From IMG/VR virus record IMGVR_UViG_3300020724_000005: DNA of 64,000 bases; one strand, 5' to 3'. The notes beneath the pieces are model-generated. The model was not told where the DNA came from. It was given only the letters and a program-made list of their open reading frames with translations, and searched no databases. The translations under genes and the position numbers were made by a program. How positions within the stretch are numbered: the first letter of the stretch is position 1; the number at the start of each line of letters is the position of its first letter. Source of the stretch: a virus. Positions 19,025-28,933 of this stretch are shown here, piece after piece.

Positions 19025-22000
19025 TGGCAGAGATAGTAAATATATCATACATAGGAGCAGGAAATGAAACTCAGACGTACAGTCAAAAAGACGATGCGCT
19101 GATAACCAATAATACTATCTACTCAAAATTTGGTGATCCTAATGACTACATTGAGTACTTCATATACGATCTGAATAATCAACTGATCGACTACAACTAT
19201 GACGCAAACAACTACTATCCTGGACGTGGCGCCAGCAATCCTGTAACTCAGCAGTATGGTACTATAAATCTAGATCCTCAATCAGATCTAAAGTCTAGAG
19301 GATATGACAGAGGTTCTTTGAACATCCAGTATAATTTTCACAGAAACCTGTTCAATTCAAGCTATGGCAGATTCTTTTGGATAAAAGAAATATCTCCTAG
19401 CAGAACTGAAATAAAGCTTGCATCACAAAACATAAGCAACACTGATATTCTAAATGGGTATACTCAGTATCAAGCATATGCCGCAGGTCTAAATTACTAT
19501 AACGACTTTTATCTAAACTTTGGCAATAATGAGCTTTTGATAGCAGTGAATGTTGCCTATACAGAAGATGCTGATGGAAGCTACATTCTGATAAAACTGT
19601 ATGAACCGCTTCCAGCAGACCACGACGTAAAAGACCAGCTCTGGATAGTAGAAAAGCTTGCAGAACCTGCCACATACAACGTTGATGTGCAAGTAGAGGC
19701 TGTAGATGTTGTTCAACAAAACAGGCTAAAAGGACCAAATTTTAACGTAAAAGTAAACCAAACCGTTAATCAGACTACTCCTTACTACTCTCATGATAGT
19801 CTATTCTCTACATCTGTATCAAGCTCTTATCAGAAGATGATAAGCTATTACCAAGATAAGTCAATATCGATCAATGTAGACTACTCCGACTTTTCAAACT
19901 TCATACACTTTTCTAGCGCCACTAGCAGAATAAACAATTTTGTTTACAAGCTAAAAAGCATAGAGACTTACAATACTCAGATCTTAGCAAGCCTTGCACT
20001 CCAGGGTGGAATATCAAACCCTAGCGTGTCTGCGTCTGTTATTCTGCTTCAAAATTCAATAAGTGATCTCATAACAAACTTTGATGGATACGAGTACTAC
20101 TTATACTATTCTTCTGGATCATCTGCTTGGCCAAAATCAAACTCAAAACAGCCATATACGCTGTACTCTGTTACATCTTCTCAAGCGTTGAACTGGCTTG
20201 GATCTAGTACAACAGTGCCTACTCTGTCAACATACTCAATACTGTATTCTGCGTCTTACTATGACGCAACAAACAAAGATCTGCTGACGAATTCAATACC
20301 TCAGTATCTGCAAGATGATTCTACAAATGAGCCATATGTAACTTTTGTAAACATGGTGGCTCAACACTTTGATAACATCTGGATATACTATAAGGACGTC
20401 ACCAATAGATTCAATGCTACCAATAATCCAAACACTGGAGTGTCTCCTGATGTTGTTGCAGATGCAATAATAGGCCTTGGAACTACTCTATATACTAACA
20501 CGAACGTATCAGACAACCTGTATTATAGTCTTTTTGGGATAAACCAAGACGGATCTTTGCTCCCTCCTACAGGATCTGAAAAAATAACTACCTATGTAAC
20601 ATCCAGCATAGCAACTGAATCTGCCAATGATGTTCAAAAAGAGATCTATAAAAGGATCTACCACAACATCCCCTATCTGTATAAGACCAAAGGAACAAGA
20701 GCAAGCATACAAGCGTTGATCAACATATTCGGTATACCAAAGTCAGTGTTGACAATAAACGAGTTTGGGGGGTATAACAGGTATTCAAAGGACGGAGTAT
20801 TTGAGATAAACAACAACAAGATCACAGGATCTCTTTCTGTTCCAATGCTGAGTGGATCTGGAAATCTGCTACACCCCGATGTTACTATACAGTACTATCA
20901 GAACGACAACAGACTAAATTCTAGGAACTTAGAGGTAGGATTTTCTCCTGCAGATGAGATAAACTCTGTGGTGACTTCGTCTCTTGGGCTATTCAACATA
21001 GACCAATACATAGGCGATCCATCATACCAGTACTCAGGATCTTATCCAGCGCTTGATCAAGTGAAGAGGAACTTCTTCTCTGGATACAGCTACTACCACA
21101 ACGTTTACGAGTACATAAGGATTCTGAAATACTACAACAACTCTCTGTTCAAGATGGTGCAAGATTTTGTACCGGCAAGGGCAGATCTGTCTACTGGCTT
21201 GATCGTAAAATCTCACTTGCTTGAAAGAAACAAGTATCAGAGACACGAACCGGCTGTAGACATGAGCATGAACTTCTCTGAGTCTATAGATCTGATAAAA
21301 GTATCAGGCGCAGATCCAGGTGAGATACCGTTCTCAACAGCAAACAACACATACTCTCAGTTTACTCTGATACCTCTATCGAACCCAACAGGATCTGCCC
21401 CAGTATACGGTCCAGTTCCGATCTCAAACACATACTCTTGGGAGAAATATACAGGTGAATTCGGAGGCTCTGAGATACAAGCTGACTATCATAACTTTGA
21501 TCAAACTGAGTACACTTCTATAACAAGTCCTTGGACATCTTCTGTAGCTGGAGGTTGTCAATTAATTAAGATACAAAATAGCAACTTAATTGGACAAAAT
21601 ATAACTGCTAATTTTACTCTGTGTGACGGTACTCCATCTAGCTCCTATATCGCAGGTGGAGCTGACTCATCAACGCCAAATATCTGTATGAGAACTGGAG
21701 CTCCGATAACTATAACTCCAACATACGGATTGACTTATATATTTCGTAATGGAGATTGTACTCCTCCTAAAATGTATGTAGGTCAAGATCAAGGAGCTCT
21801 ATACAACAACGTGACGTCTTCTGTGACTTCAAAACTGGTGACAGAAGCAGAATACAGCTATGGGATCAACACTCCTGTGAATTTTGATAACATAAAGACA
21901 CAGAACTCTTGTCAAAATTGTAATAGGGTATACTGCTCTCAGTACGTAATATCTAATCCAGACTCTATCAACCACGTATTTTCTTATCAGAATTGCGATA

Positions 22001-24531
22001 ATAATACTGTTGTAATAGGTATTCCTGCGAGTGGAAGCACTATAGTATGTGCAAAACCAGGAACTCTTAATTCTTACGATACTCCTGCTTACAGAGGATT
22101 TACTTTTTCTAGCGGAAGCATCTGTGGAACTCAGTTTTCAAACTACTCTTATCCCTCTGATTGTAAAGTGGTAAGCGTTAGCAATCTTGGAACTACTAAT
22201 ATACTAGCCGCCTATCTAGATTGTGCAGGAAACTTTCAATCCAAAACTATATCTTCAGGAACATCGGCAGGTCTAAGCTGTGTACAACTGAGCAGTGTAT
22301 CTTTGCGATCAATATCTCTGGCTCCTTTTACAGCATCTATAATCGACGGCGGATACTGTAGTCCATACTATTCTCCTTATGAATATTGTCAGAATACAAA
22401 CTTTACAGCATCTTCTGCATTTACGTTAGGATATACAACATGCGCTGGATACAGAGTCAGTCAAGCTGTTACTTCAGGCACTAGATTAAACTTAGGGTGC
22501 ATTCAGGTAGGATCAATAATTGGAGGAACGTTTACCACTTCTAGCTTAGGACCTTGTAATAACCTAAGCAGCTATACGAAATATTGTGACTACTTCTTAG
22601 GTGCAAATTCGTCATGGGGTTTAGGTAATGGACCAGTAACTGCATCATTTATAGACTGTGGTGGCACTCCAAGAACTATATCACAGTATTCAGCTGGTAC
22701 GCCGTTCATCTATATTACTCAGTGCATAAGGTCTGGTTCTCTTGTACTTACAAACTTAGACAGTCCTACGATACTAACCGGATCTATAGGCTACTGCGGC
22801 TACTATGAAGATCCAACTCCTTACACAGGAAGCAGACTTTTAGCAGAGGTACAAGACTACAACTACAATAGAACGAGCACAGTAAATTCCAAGTATGCAG
22901 GAGCCAAGAGCACTAGTAATACTTACAATGTATTCACAAAAGGAGACAAATCATATGGAACTTCTCCAGCAATGGACTACTATGTTGACTATACAGGACT
23001 TTTCACTAGTGTAGAATCAAGCTCATACTTCCCTGATCAGATGGTTGCCAAGATGAGCTACATGGCAGATCTTTCAGGAGGTCTTCAGGAATTGAATTTG
23101 CAGAACAACAACTGGGTGTACTTCCAAAACATGTATAAACCAGGAGATACTGTTACCATAAAGCAGTTCAATGCGACACAGTACTCAAACCAGAAATATC
23201 TTGATAGAGGATTGACGGTGGTTGAGAGCGGATATTCTTATCCTCCTTATTGGTATAGACAGTCTGGATCTTTAGAGTGCTACATTGTAGAAGATGGGGC
23301 AGTAGATTCATTTGCTACAACTGCGTCTTTTGCTCAGATCTTCGCATCTACTTTTGGACCAACAACGACGATTATAGATGAAATAAAATACACACCGTCG
23401 TATGATCCAGATTCTACATATCCGTACATGTATCCAACTATTCCGAGTGGATCTTTTTCTGGAGTATCAAATTACAATTGGTATAACGTAAGTCTTGCTT
23501 TTTCTAGCTCTTGGTCTAGTAAAAACGATCCATATTCGATAATAACAAATTTTTCAAGTGGAAGCAGGTATAATTATATATCGGGATCTTATTTTACAAT
23601 TCCTAGAGATGGTGTATATAACATAAGCAGCGTTTTTGGTTTTGCTTACTATATAACACCCCCTGGAACTACTGGAGTAAATAGCATAAAATTAGATATA
23701 ATAAAATGGAACGGTTCATCTACAACATATGGATTTGTAGAAGGTACTTCCATTTATAATTCAGGAATAAACCAATGGAATATACCTTCAGGAACAACTG
23801 TTGGAGGATTAACTATTTCATTAAATTCTCAAGCAAATAATGTATTCCTATCGGCTGGAGATAAAGTATCAGTAAAAATTACAGCGTATTTGAATTTTTC
23901 AGAAATAAGTTTATATGGAAGAGGCCATACTGAAACCTATCAAGCAATACCATCTAATGGATCACTATGTATAGACACAACATCGACAAACCACGCTTTA
24001 TTCAATACGGGAAGTTACATCAGAGGTGGAAACACTTTAACTCTATCTTCTGGAATGAGTCAATATTTCAATTCTCTCACTACATATAATCCTGGGTATG
24101 AGTCAAATCCATCTCCGTTATATCCTAGATTTGGAGATGTAAATTACCCTACAGAAATAGATCCAGGAGATTACGTGATCTTATATTATAGTGGATCTGA
24201 TGTAGGATATTCGTCTGATACTATATACCCTATAAGCAGAAGGATAACTGGAGTAAATTACGACTACTCTGGAAGCGTTACAAGCAGTGTGGCAAGCTTT
24301 ACTGTGTATCCAAACATGCCAGGATTCATAAGCGGATCTAACATAAACAACTATCAAAAGGCCGTATTCGTAAAAAGAGTATCAGACGAAACAGTGCTTA
24401 CTCTCCAAGGTAAAAAAAGACCAGGTCAAACTTCATATGGATTTGTGGTGCCAGAGAACTTGAATCCAAACATAGCAAAGAACATAAACACGCTTCAATC
24501 AACGATACAGTCTCAGATACTAAACTACTAA
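19024..24531 (+). CDS. giant tail-fibre/baseplate-associated protein
   Basis: 1835-aa uninterrupted ORF, Ser/Thr/Asn/Tyr-rich, contains five tandem Cys-containing domains. Confidence 0.8.
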   Translation: MAEIVNISYIGAGNETQTYSQKDDALITNNTIYSKFGDPNDYIEYFIYDLNNQLIDYNYDANNYYPGRGASNPVTQQYGTINLDPQSDLKSRGYDRGSLNIQYNFHRNLFNSSYGRFFWIKEISPSRTEIKLASQNISNTDILNGYTQYQAYAAGLNYYNDFYLNFGNNELLIAVNVAYTEDADGSYILIKLYEPLPADHDVKDQLWIVEKLAEPATYNVDVQVEAVDVVQQNRLKGPNFNVKVNQTVNQTTPYYSHDSLFSTSVSSSYQKMISYYQDKSISINVDYSDFSNFIHFSSATSRINNFVYKLKSIETYNTQILASLALQGGISNPSVSASVILLQNSISDLITNFDGYEYYLYYSSGSSAWPKSNSKQPYTLYSVTSSQALNWLGSSTTVPTLSTYSILYSASYYDATNKDLLTNSIPQYLQDDSTNEPYVTFVNMVAQHFDNIWIYYKDVTNRFNATNNPNTGVSPDVVADAIIGLGTTLYTNTNVSDNLYYSLFGINQDGSLLPPTGSEKITTYVTSSIATESANDVQKEIYKRIYHNIPYLYKTKGTRASIQALINIFGIPKSVLTINEFGGYNRYSKDGVFEINNNKITGSLSVPMLSGSGNLLHPDVTIQYYQNDNRLNSRNLEVGFSPADEINSVVTSSLGLFNIDQYIGDPSYQYSGSYPALDQVKRNFFSGYSYYHNVYEYIRILKYYNNSLFKMVQDFVPARADLSTGLIVKSHLLERNKYQRHEPAVDMSMNFSESIDLIKVSGADPGEIPFSTANNTYSQFTLIPLSNPTGSAPVYGPVPISNTYSWEKYTGEFGGSEIQADYHNFDQTEYTSITSPWTSSVAGGCQLIKIQNSNLIGQNITANFTLCDGTPSSSYIAGGADSSTPNICMRTGAPITITPTYGLTYIFRNGDCTPPKMYVGQDQGALYNNVTSSVTSKLVTEAEYSYGINTPVNFDNIKTQNSCQNCNRVYCSQYVISNPDSINHVFSYQNCDNNTVVIGIPASGSTIVCAKPGTLNSYDTPAYRGFTFSSGSICGTQFSNYSYPSDCKVVSVSNLGTTNILAAYLDCAGNFQSKTISSGTSAGLSCVQLSSVSLRSISLAPFTASIIDGGYCSPYYSPYEYCQNTNFTASSAFTLGYTTCAGYRVSQAVTSGTRLNLGCIQVGSIIGGTFTTSSLGPCNNLSSYTKYCDYFLGANSSWGLGNGPVTASFIDCGGTPRTISQYSAGTPFIYITQCIRSGSLVLTNLDSPTILTGSIGYCGYYEDPTPYTGSRLLAEVQDYNYNRTSTVNSKYAGAKSTSNTYNVFTKGDKSYGTSPAMDYYVDYTGLFTSVESSSYFPDQMVAKMSYMADLSGGLQELNLQNNNWVYFQNMYKPGDTVTIKQFNATQYSNQKYLDRGLTVVESGYSYPPYWYRQSGSLECYIVEDGAVDSFATTASFAQIFASTFGPTTTIIDEIKYTPSYDPDSTYPYMYPTIPSGSFSGVSNYNWYNVSLAFSSSWSSKNDPYSIITNFSSGSRYNYISGSYFTIPRDGVYNISSVFGFAYYITPPGTTGVNSIKLDIIKWNGSSTTYGFVEGTSIYNSGINQWNIPSGTTVGGLTISLNSQANNVFLSAGDKVSVKITAYLNFSEISLYGRGHTETYQAIPSNGSLCIDTTSTNHALFNTGSYIRGGNTLTLSSGMSQYFNSLTTYNPGYESNPSPLYPRFGDVNYPTEIDPGDYVILYYSGSDVGYSSDTIYPISRRITGVNYDYSGSVTSSVASFTVYPNMPGFISGSNINNYQKAVFVKRVSDETVLTLQGKKRPGQTSYGFVVPENLNPNIAKNINTLQSTIQSQILNY
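21550..22805 (+). repeat. five tandem ~70-80-aa Cys-containing domains (protein level)
   Basis: units starting GGCQLIKIQN, CQNCNRVYCSQYV, CKVVSVSNLG, CQNTNFTASS, CDYFLGANSS each with ~4 Cys at similar spacing and motif FxxCxG/YxDCxG. Confidence 0.55.
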
Positions 24532-24537
24532 TCCATA

Positions 24538-24545
24538 TATTTATA
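24538..24545 (+). promoter_or_regulatory. TATTTATA upstream box (class II)
   Basis: 22 nt upstream of ATG 24568. Confidence 0.35.
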
Positions 24546-24567
24546 AACATAAACGAGATACAACAAA

Positions 24568-25227
24568 ATGGCGTACTTAAATAATACATCGGTGGTGATA
24601 GATGCCATCCTGACGAAGAAAGGAAGAGAGCTCCTAGCGAGAAACGATGGCAGCTTTCAAATAACCCAGTTCAGCCTTGCAGATGATGAGGTAGACTACA
24701 GCCTCTATAACCCCTATCACCCGTCAGGTTCTGCTTTCTACGGAGAAGCTATTCAAGCAATGCCGATAATCCAAGCGTATCCAGAAGACCAGGAGATCAT
24801 GAAGTACAAGCTTCTGACGCTGCCTAGAGGAACTGGAGCGATACCTGTGATAAATGCTGGATATCAAAAGATATCTCTTCCTATAGGGTCTTCTCTGAGC
24901 ATCCAGCCACAGACGCTAAACTATATTGGATCTAGCACCACGTATGAAACATCTGGATATCAGTTCACCATAGGAGACGTTAGGACTATGTCTAACTTTA
25001 CAGGAGTCGGCTTGAATACTCCAGAAGCAACATCAATGAATAGCACTCTGACAGTTGGAACAAACGTATCTAAAACTGTGATAGGAACTTCACTGAACAT
25101 GACAGCGACTACGGTAAAAAGCCTATTCGGATCAAGCACTACTTCTTTTCTTACTACACAAATTACTATAGTCGGTAGAGACTCAGGAGCAAGATTAACA
25201 GTATCAGTAACAATAACTCAAAGCTAA
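24568..25227 (+). CDS. hypothetical structural protein
   Basis: 219 aa Ser/Thr-rich. Confidence 0.6.
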   Translation: MAYLNNTSVVIDAILTKKGRELLARNDGSFQITQFSLADDEVDYSLYNPYHPSGSAFYGEAIQAMPIIQAYPEDQEIMKYKLLTLPRGTGAIPVINAGYQKISLPIGSSLSIQPQTLNYIGSSTTYETSGYQFTIGDVRTMSNFTGVGLNTPEATSMNSTLTVGTNVSKTVIGTSLNMTATTVKSLFGSSTTSFLTTQITIVGRDSGARLTVSVTITQS

Positions 25228-25244
25228 AAAACACAAGATAACAT

Positions 25245-26303
25245 ATGTCTTTTTCAACACTAGCACCTACAGACTTTGTAGTAAGCTCAGACTCAGTAGT
25301 AGCGCCAGCTTGGACCTCAGGGCTTCCAACACTGACTGCATTTTATACGTCATCTACAGCAGTATCTCCTGCTCCAAACTTTTATCTTGATGTGTACGAT
25401 ACCCAACTGACTGGATCTACTGCGCAGGTTCAATTCTCAATAGCATACGGAAACGTTTTGGGCTCTGGATCTCAGCTGTATAACGATCTTGTTCCTGGAA
25501 TGAGTCCTTCAAGAACTACATACGGTCAGTATAGAAACCTTGTATATGCAGATGAGACCATGCTGTTTAATTTTGGTACAGGAAACATCGCTTCAGTAGA
25601 TATGTTTGCTATAAACATAGACAGGAACAGATACAAAGAGAGTTTATTTCCAGGCACTTTAAAATTAACTTTGGGAAATGGTACCACTTTCATAAACCTA
25701 ACAGACGATAGCGTTTATACGACCAATAACAATCTCACTATAAACTACGGAGACTGTGGACGCATATTCAACATCATATCAGGATCTTATGGCATGCCTA
25801 CGACTTCTACGATAATATCTGCTCAAGCTGGATACACCCCCTCTGGGTCTTATGGTCTGTTCTTGCCTGACATCGGTACGATCATATTAAACCCTAGAGC
25901 GCTTGCACTACCTGCTGCTTCTGGAGGTATCGCGATGACCATAGATACTGCTACTTATAACTCTACAAGTCCTCTATCTGTATCCAACAATAACAAATAT
26001 CTCTACAATGCGATAAAGACAGGAGTGTGCTTCCAGTTAAACTCTCAGGAGACGATCTCAGCAAACTATGTGTTTGTCAGAGTAGGAAACCAAGACTACA
26101 ACTACAGCAATAACCCGTCTTTCCTTTCAGGCTCTAGCGGACAACTGATATATCCAACTTTGGTAAACAGCCCTCAGACTTTCCCTACGACGGTCGGTTT
26201 ATACAACGACAATGGAGACCTGCTAGCTGTGGCCAAGATGAGTAAACCGCTGCTTAAAGATTTCACGCATGAGGCATTAATTAGAGTGCGTTTAGATTGG
26301 TAA
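25245..26303 (+). CDS. tail-fibre-related structural protein
   Basis: C-term TTVGLYNDNGDLLAVAKMSKPLLK resembles tail-collar-fibre motif (xIGLFDxxGxLIAVAK) and recurs in 27737..28033. Confidence 0.6.
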   Translation: MSFSTLAPTDFVVSSDSVVAPAWTSGLPTLTAFYTSSTAVSPAPNFYLDVYDTQLTGSTAQVQFSIAYGNVLGSGSQLYNDLVPGMSPSRTTYGQYRNLVYADETMLFNFGTGNIASVDMFAINIDRNRYKESLFPGTLKLTLGNGTTFINLTDDSVYTTNNNLTINYGDCGRIFNIISGSYGMPTTSTIISAQAGYTPSGSYGLFLPDIGTIILNPRALALPAASGGIAMTIDTATYNSTSPLSVSNNNKYLYNAIKTGVCFQLNSQETISANYVFVRVGNQDYNYSNNPSFLSGSSGQLIYPTLVNSPQTFPTTVGLYNDNGDLLAVAKMSKPLLKDFTHEALIRVRLDW

Positions 26304-26341
26304 TCAACGAGTTACTATACTTATTTGAATTAAAATAAAAT

Positions 26342-27733
26342 ATGGGAAGAAGTTATAATACTCTCAAGGCTTCTGATGTTACTGTTACTCCTGTGAAGTT
26401 GAAATACTCTGCTTCATACTACAGTAGCACATTTGGTCCTGGGTCGATAAACGTGCTCACCGGCTCTAACGGCGCTACGTCACCTACAGGCAGCTATCCT
26501 GATAGTTTCTTGCTGTATAGATCTATGCGAAATAGGTTTTACATGCAGTACATATCGGGTTCTCTTTTGGGCTCAGCAAGCGCATACGAGTGGTTTCCTC
26601 AGTCAACAGCTGCAACTGGCACCAACGATGACGATAACAGATACTTCCCTACAGATCCTACGTCGACTATAAACGTGATCACTGTGCCAAAAGCGAACTT
26701 TGGAGAGAACATAGCCAAAGGATCGTTCAAGATAAAAGCAAGCAGCAGCATATTCAATACGGTAGACGACGGAAACGGAAACCTTGTGGCAGAGAGCAAC
26801 CATACCATCCACGTAGGAAACATATTCTATCCCCAAGGTCTTGCTGTGATCACAAATCCAGACTACCAAGCTATGTTCACAGTTGCTAGTACGGGTGGTG
26901 GTGGATTTACTTATCCATCAGGTCTTATTGCCGCCTACGATCCTGCTATAAACGTGACTTCTGGTATTGGTGGAGTAGTTACCTCATGGGGAAACTGGGT
27001 ATCTGGAGCTCCTGTTGGAACGAATCTGCTGGTCAGCACTCCCACAGGCGCTAACATACTTCCGCCTGTTTACGTAAGCAACCTAATAAACGGAAAACCT
27101 GGAATAAAGATACAGGACTCACAAACGCCGACTTACTTAACAGGATACGTAACACAGTCTTTGGGATTTTATGCTACATTGCCATTTAACACATATGGCC
27201 CATCATTTCCAACTGCCATAACAGTAATATACGTAGCAAACATACCAAGTAATACCATACCAGCAGCATCGTCTGGAATAATTACACCTTTTTACATGGC
27301 TAGCGGTCCAAAATATTTTGGAACTAAAATAGTGTCGTCTTCAGCGGGTTATATACAAACGAGCTTTTCAGATTCTTCTATATCTCCCGCAGTATATCAA
27401 GAGTTAGACTACTCAACTAACGTGTTGGGGTCTCCGCCGTATGGAGTGTCTCCTTATATAATATCACAGACAGTATCATATGGTCCTACCCCTTTGATTT
27501 CTGGACAGATAAATAATACAAACGAATCAGTAACTATAAATCTTGGAACAAGTCCAGTTGTAGGAAGCTTCAACTCGATCATGACTTTCTTCATGGGTGC
27601 TGGATCATTGAGCGCAGGTTCTACAATAGGAACTAACTTTGGAGAGATACTCATTTGGTCAAGACAGCTTAGCTTAACTGAGATAGCATCAGTGAAAAAT
27701 TACCTTTATACAAAATACAGCATAACACCTTAA
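26342..27733 (+). CDS. structural protein with LamG/concanavalin-like C-domain
   Basis: C-term GEILIWSRQLSLTEIASVKNYLYTKY typical end of LamG-type domains. Confidence 0.55.
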   Translation: MGRSYNTLKASDVTVTPVKLKYSASYYSSTFGPGSINVLTGSNGATSPTGSYPDSFLLYRSMRNRFYMQYISGSLLGSASAYEWFPQSTAATGTNDDDNRYFPTDPTSTINVITVPKANFGENIAKGSFKIKASSSIFNTVDDGNGNLVAESNHTIHVGNIFYPQGLAVITNPDYQAMFTVASTGGGGFTYPSGLIAAYDPAINVTSGIGGVVTSWGNWVSGAPVGTNLLVSTPTGANILPPVYVSNLINGKPGIKIQDSQTPTYLTGYVTQSLGFYATLPFNTYGPSFPTAITVIYVANIPSNTIPAASSGIITPFYMASGPKYFGTKIVSSSAGYIQTSFSDSSISPAVYQELDYSTNVLGSPPYGVSPYIISQTVSYGPTPLISGQINNTNESVTINLGTSPVVGSFNSIMTFFMGAGSLSAGSTIGTNFGEILIWSRQLSLTEIASVKNYLYTKYSITP

Positions 27734-27736
27734 AAT

Positions 27737-28033
27737 ATGCCTCTAGCCGCAACCACAATGTCGTTCCAAGCAGAATCTACAATATATCAAGTAGAGGTGA
27801 GGTGTCATGTCAATGAGAATGAGTTCAATTACACCACAAACCCATCAGCTGTAAAATCAGGATCTTTGGGTCAACTGAACAACAGTGTGACTGGATCGGA
27901 TTTCAATCCTTTTGCCACTACGATAGGTCTGTATAATGCGCAGAACGAGCTGTTGGTAGTAGGCAAGTTCGGCACTCCATATCCCATCCCAAGAAACACA
28001 GACGTAACTTTTGTTGTAAAATACGATACATGA
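27737..28033 (+). CDS. small tail-fibre-related protein
   Basis: ATTIGLYNAQNELLVVGKFGTPYPIP paralogous to C-term of 25245..26303. Confidence 0.55.
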   Translation: MPLAATTMSFQAESTIYQVEVRCHVNENEFNYTTNPSAVKSGSLGQLNNSVTGSDFNPFATTIGLYNAQNELLVVGKFGTPYPIPRNTDVTFVVKYDT

Positions 28034-28470
28034 TGAAATGGTTATTAAAGAATGAAGAGATAACAGGCGTAGAGCAATTCCCAGCAGGCGCAGTGGGATT
28101 TGTGTATAAGATCACAAACAACGCAACTGGCAAGTTTTACATCGGAAAGAAGATCCTCGAGAATAAGACAAAAAAGCTTCTCACTAAAAAGGAACAGTCT
28201 GAATGGACCAAACCAGGACGTATCCCAAAAAAGAAGATAGTGATTAAAGAAAGCAACTGGGCAGATTACTGGGGGAGCTGTAAACCGCTGTTAGAAGACG
28301 TAAAGACCGTAGGAAAAGACGGCTTCAAAAGAGAGATCTTGATCGTGTGTTTCAACAAAAAAAGTTTGAGCTACTGGGAGACTTACCACCAGTTTGAATA
28401 CAAAGTCCTCCATGTAGATAGTTACAACGAAAACGTGCTTGGAAAATACTTCAGAAAAGACACGCAGTAG
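28030..28470 (+). CDS. GIY-YIG family nuclease (seg-like)
   Basis: GFVYKITNNATGKFYIGKK (GIY-x10-YIG), later FKREIL; ATGA overlap; interrupts structural genes. Confidence 0.55.
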   Translation: MMKWLLKNEEITGVEQFPAGAVGFVYKITNNATGKFYIGKKILENKTKKLLTKKEQSEWTKPGRIPKKKIVIKESNWADYWGSCKPLLEDVKTVGKDGFKREILIVCFNKKSLSYWETYHQFEYKVLHVDSYNENVLGKYFRKDTQ

Positions 28471-28488
28471 TCAATATTTATTATAGAA

Positions 28489-28496
28489 TATTTATA
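28489..28496 (+). promoter_or_regulatory. TATTTATA upstream box (class II)
   Basis: 16 nt upstream of ATG 28513; a TATTTATT variant lies 15 nt further up. Confidence 0.35.
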
Positions 28497-28512
28497 CTAA
28501 ACCCAGAACATA

Positions 28513-28914
28513 ATGTCTACGATAAACGCAACGCTGAGTCTACAAACCAGCGATATATTCCCAGATCCAGTGTCATTGAGCACAACTGTATCAAACCAAG
28601 TGAATCTGAATGCTGACTTTGCGTCTGATGTTCTGCCTATGAATAAGAAGGTGGCCATATACGGTCCTTCTCAGAAATCAAACCCATCAGGCACAACATA
28701 CATGTACATAAAATCTCTGCCCACAAACTCAGCGAAGATAAACGTGTACCTTGTGGATAAAAACAGCACTGAGATCTTGGCGATGAATCTGTGGCCTGGA
28801 GACTTTGCTTGGTTCCCTCTGTTAGACGATGCTCAAATAGTTTCCGTAAAAGTTCTGAATCTGTCAACGACCACAACTGCAAAACTAGACTACTTCTTCG
28901 GAGAACGCGGATAA
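28513..28914 (+). CDS. hypothetical structural protein (paralog module)
   Basis: 133 aa; LWPGDFAWFPL...LDYFFGERG matches N-domain of next gene. Confidence 0.6.
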   Translation: MSTINATLSLQTSDIFPDPVSLSTTVSNQVNLNADFASDVLPMNKKVAIYGPSQKSNPSGTTYMYIKSLPTNSAKINVYLVDKNSTEILAMNLWPGDFAWFPLLDDAQIVSVKVLNLSTTTTAKLDYFFGERG

Positions 28915-28933
28915 CATAAAACAAAAACAAAAA

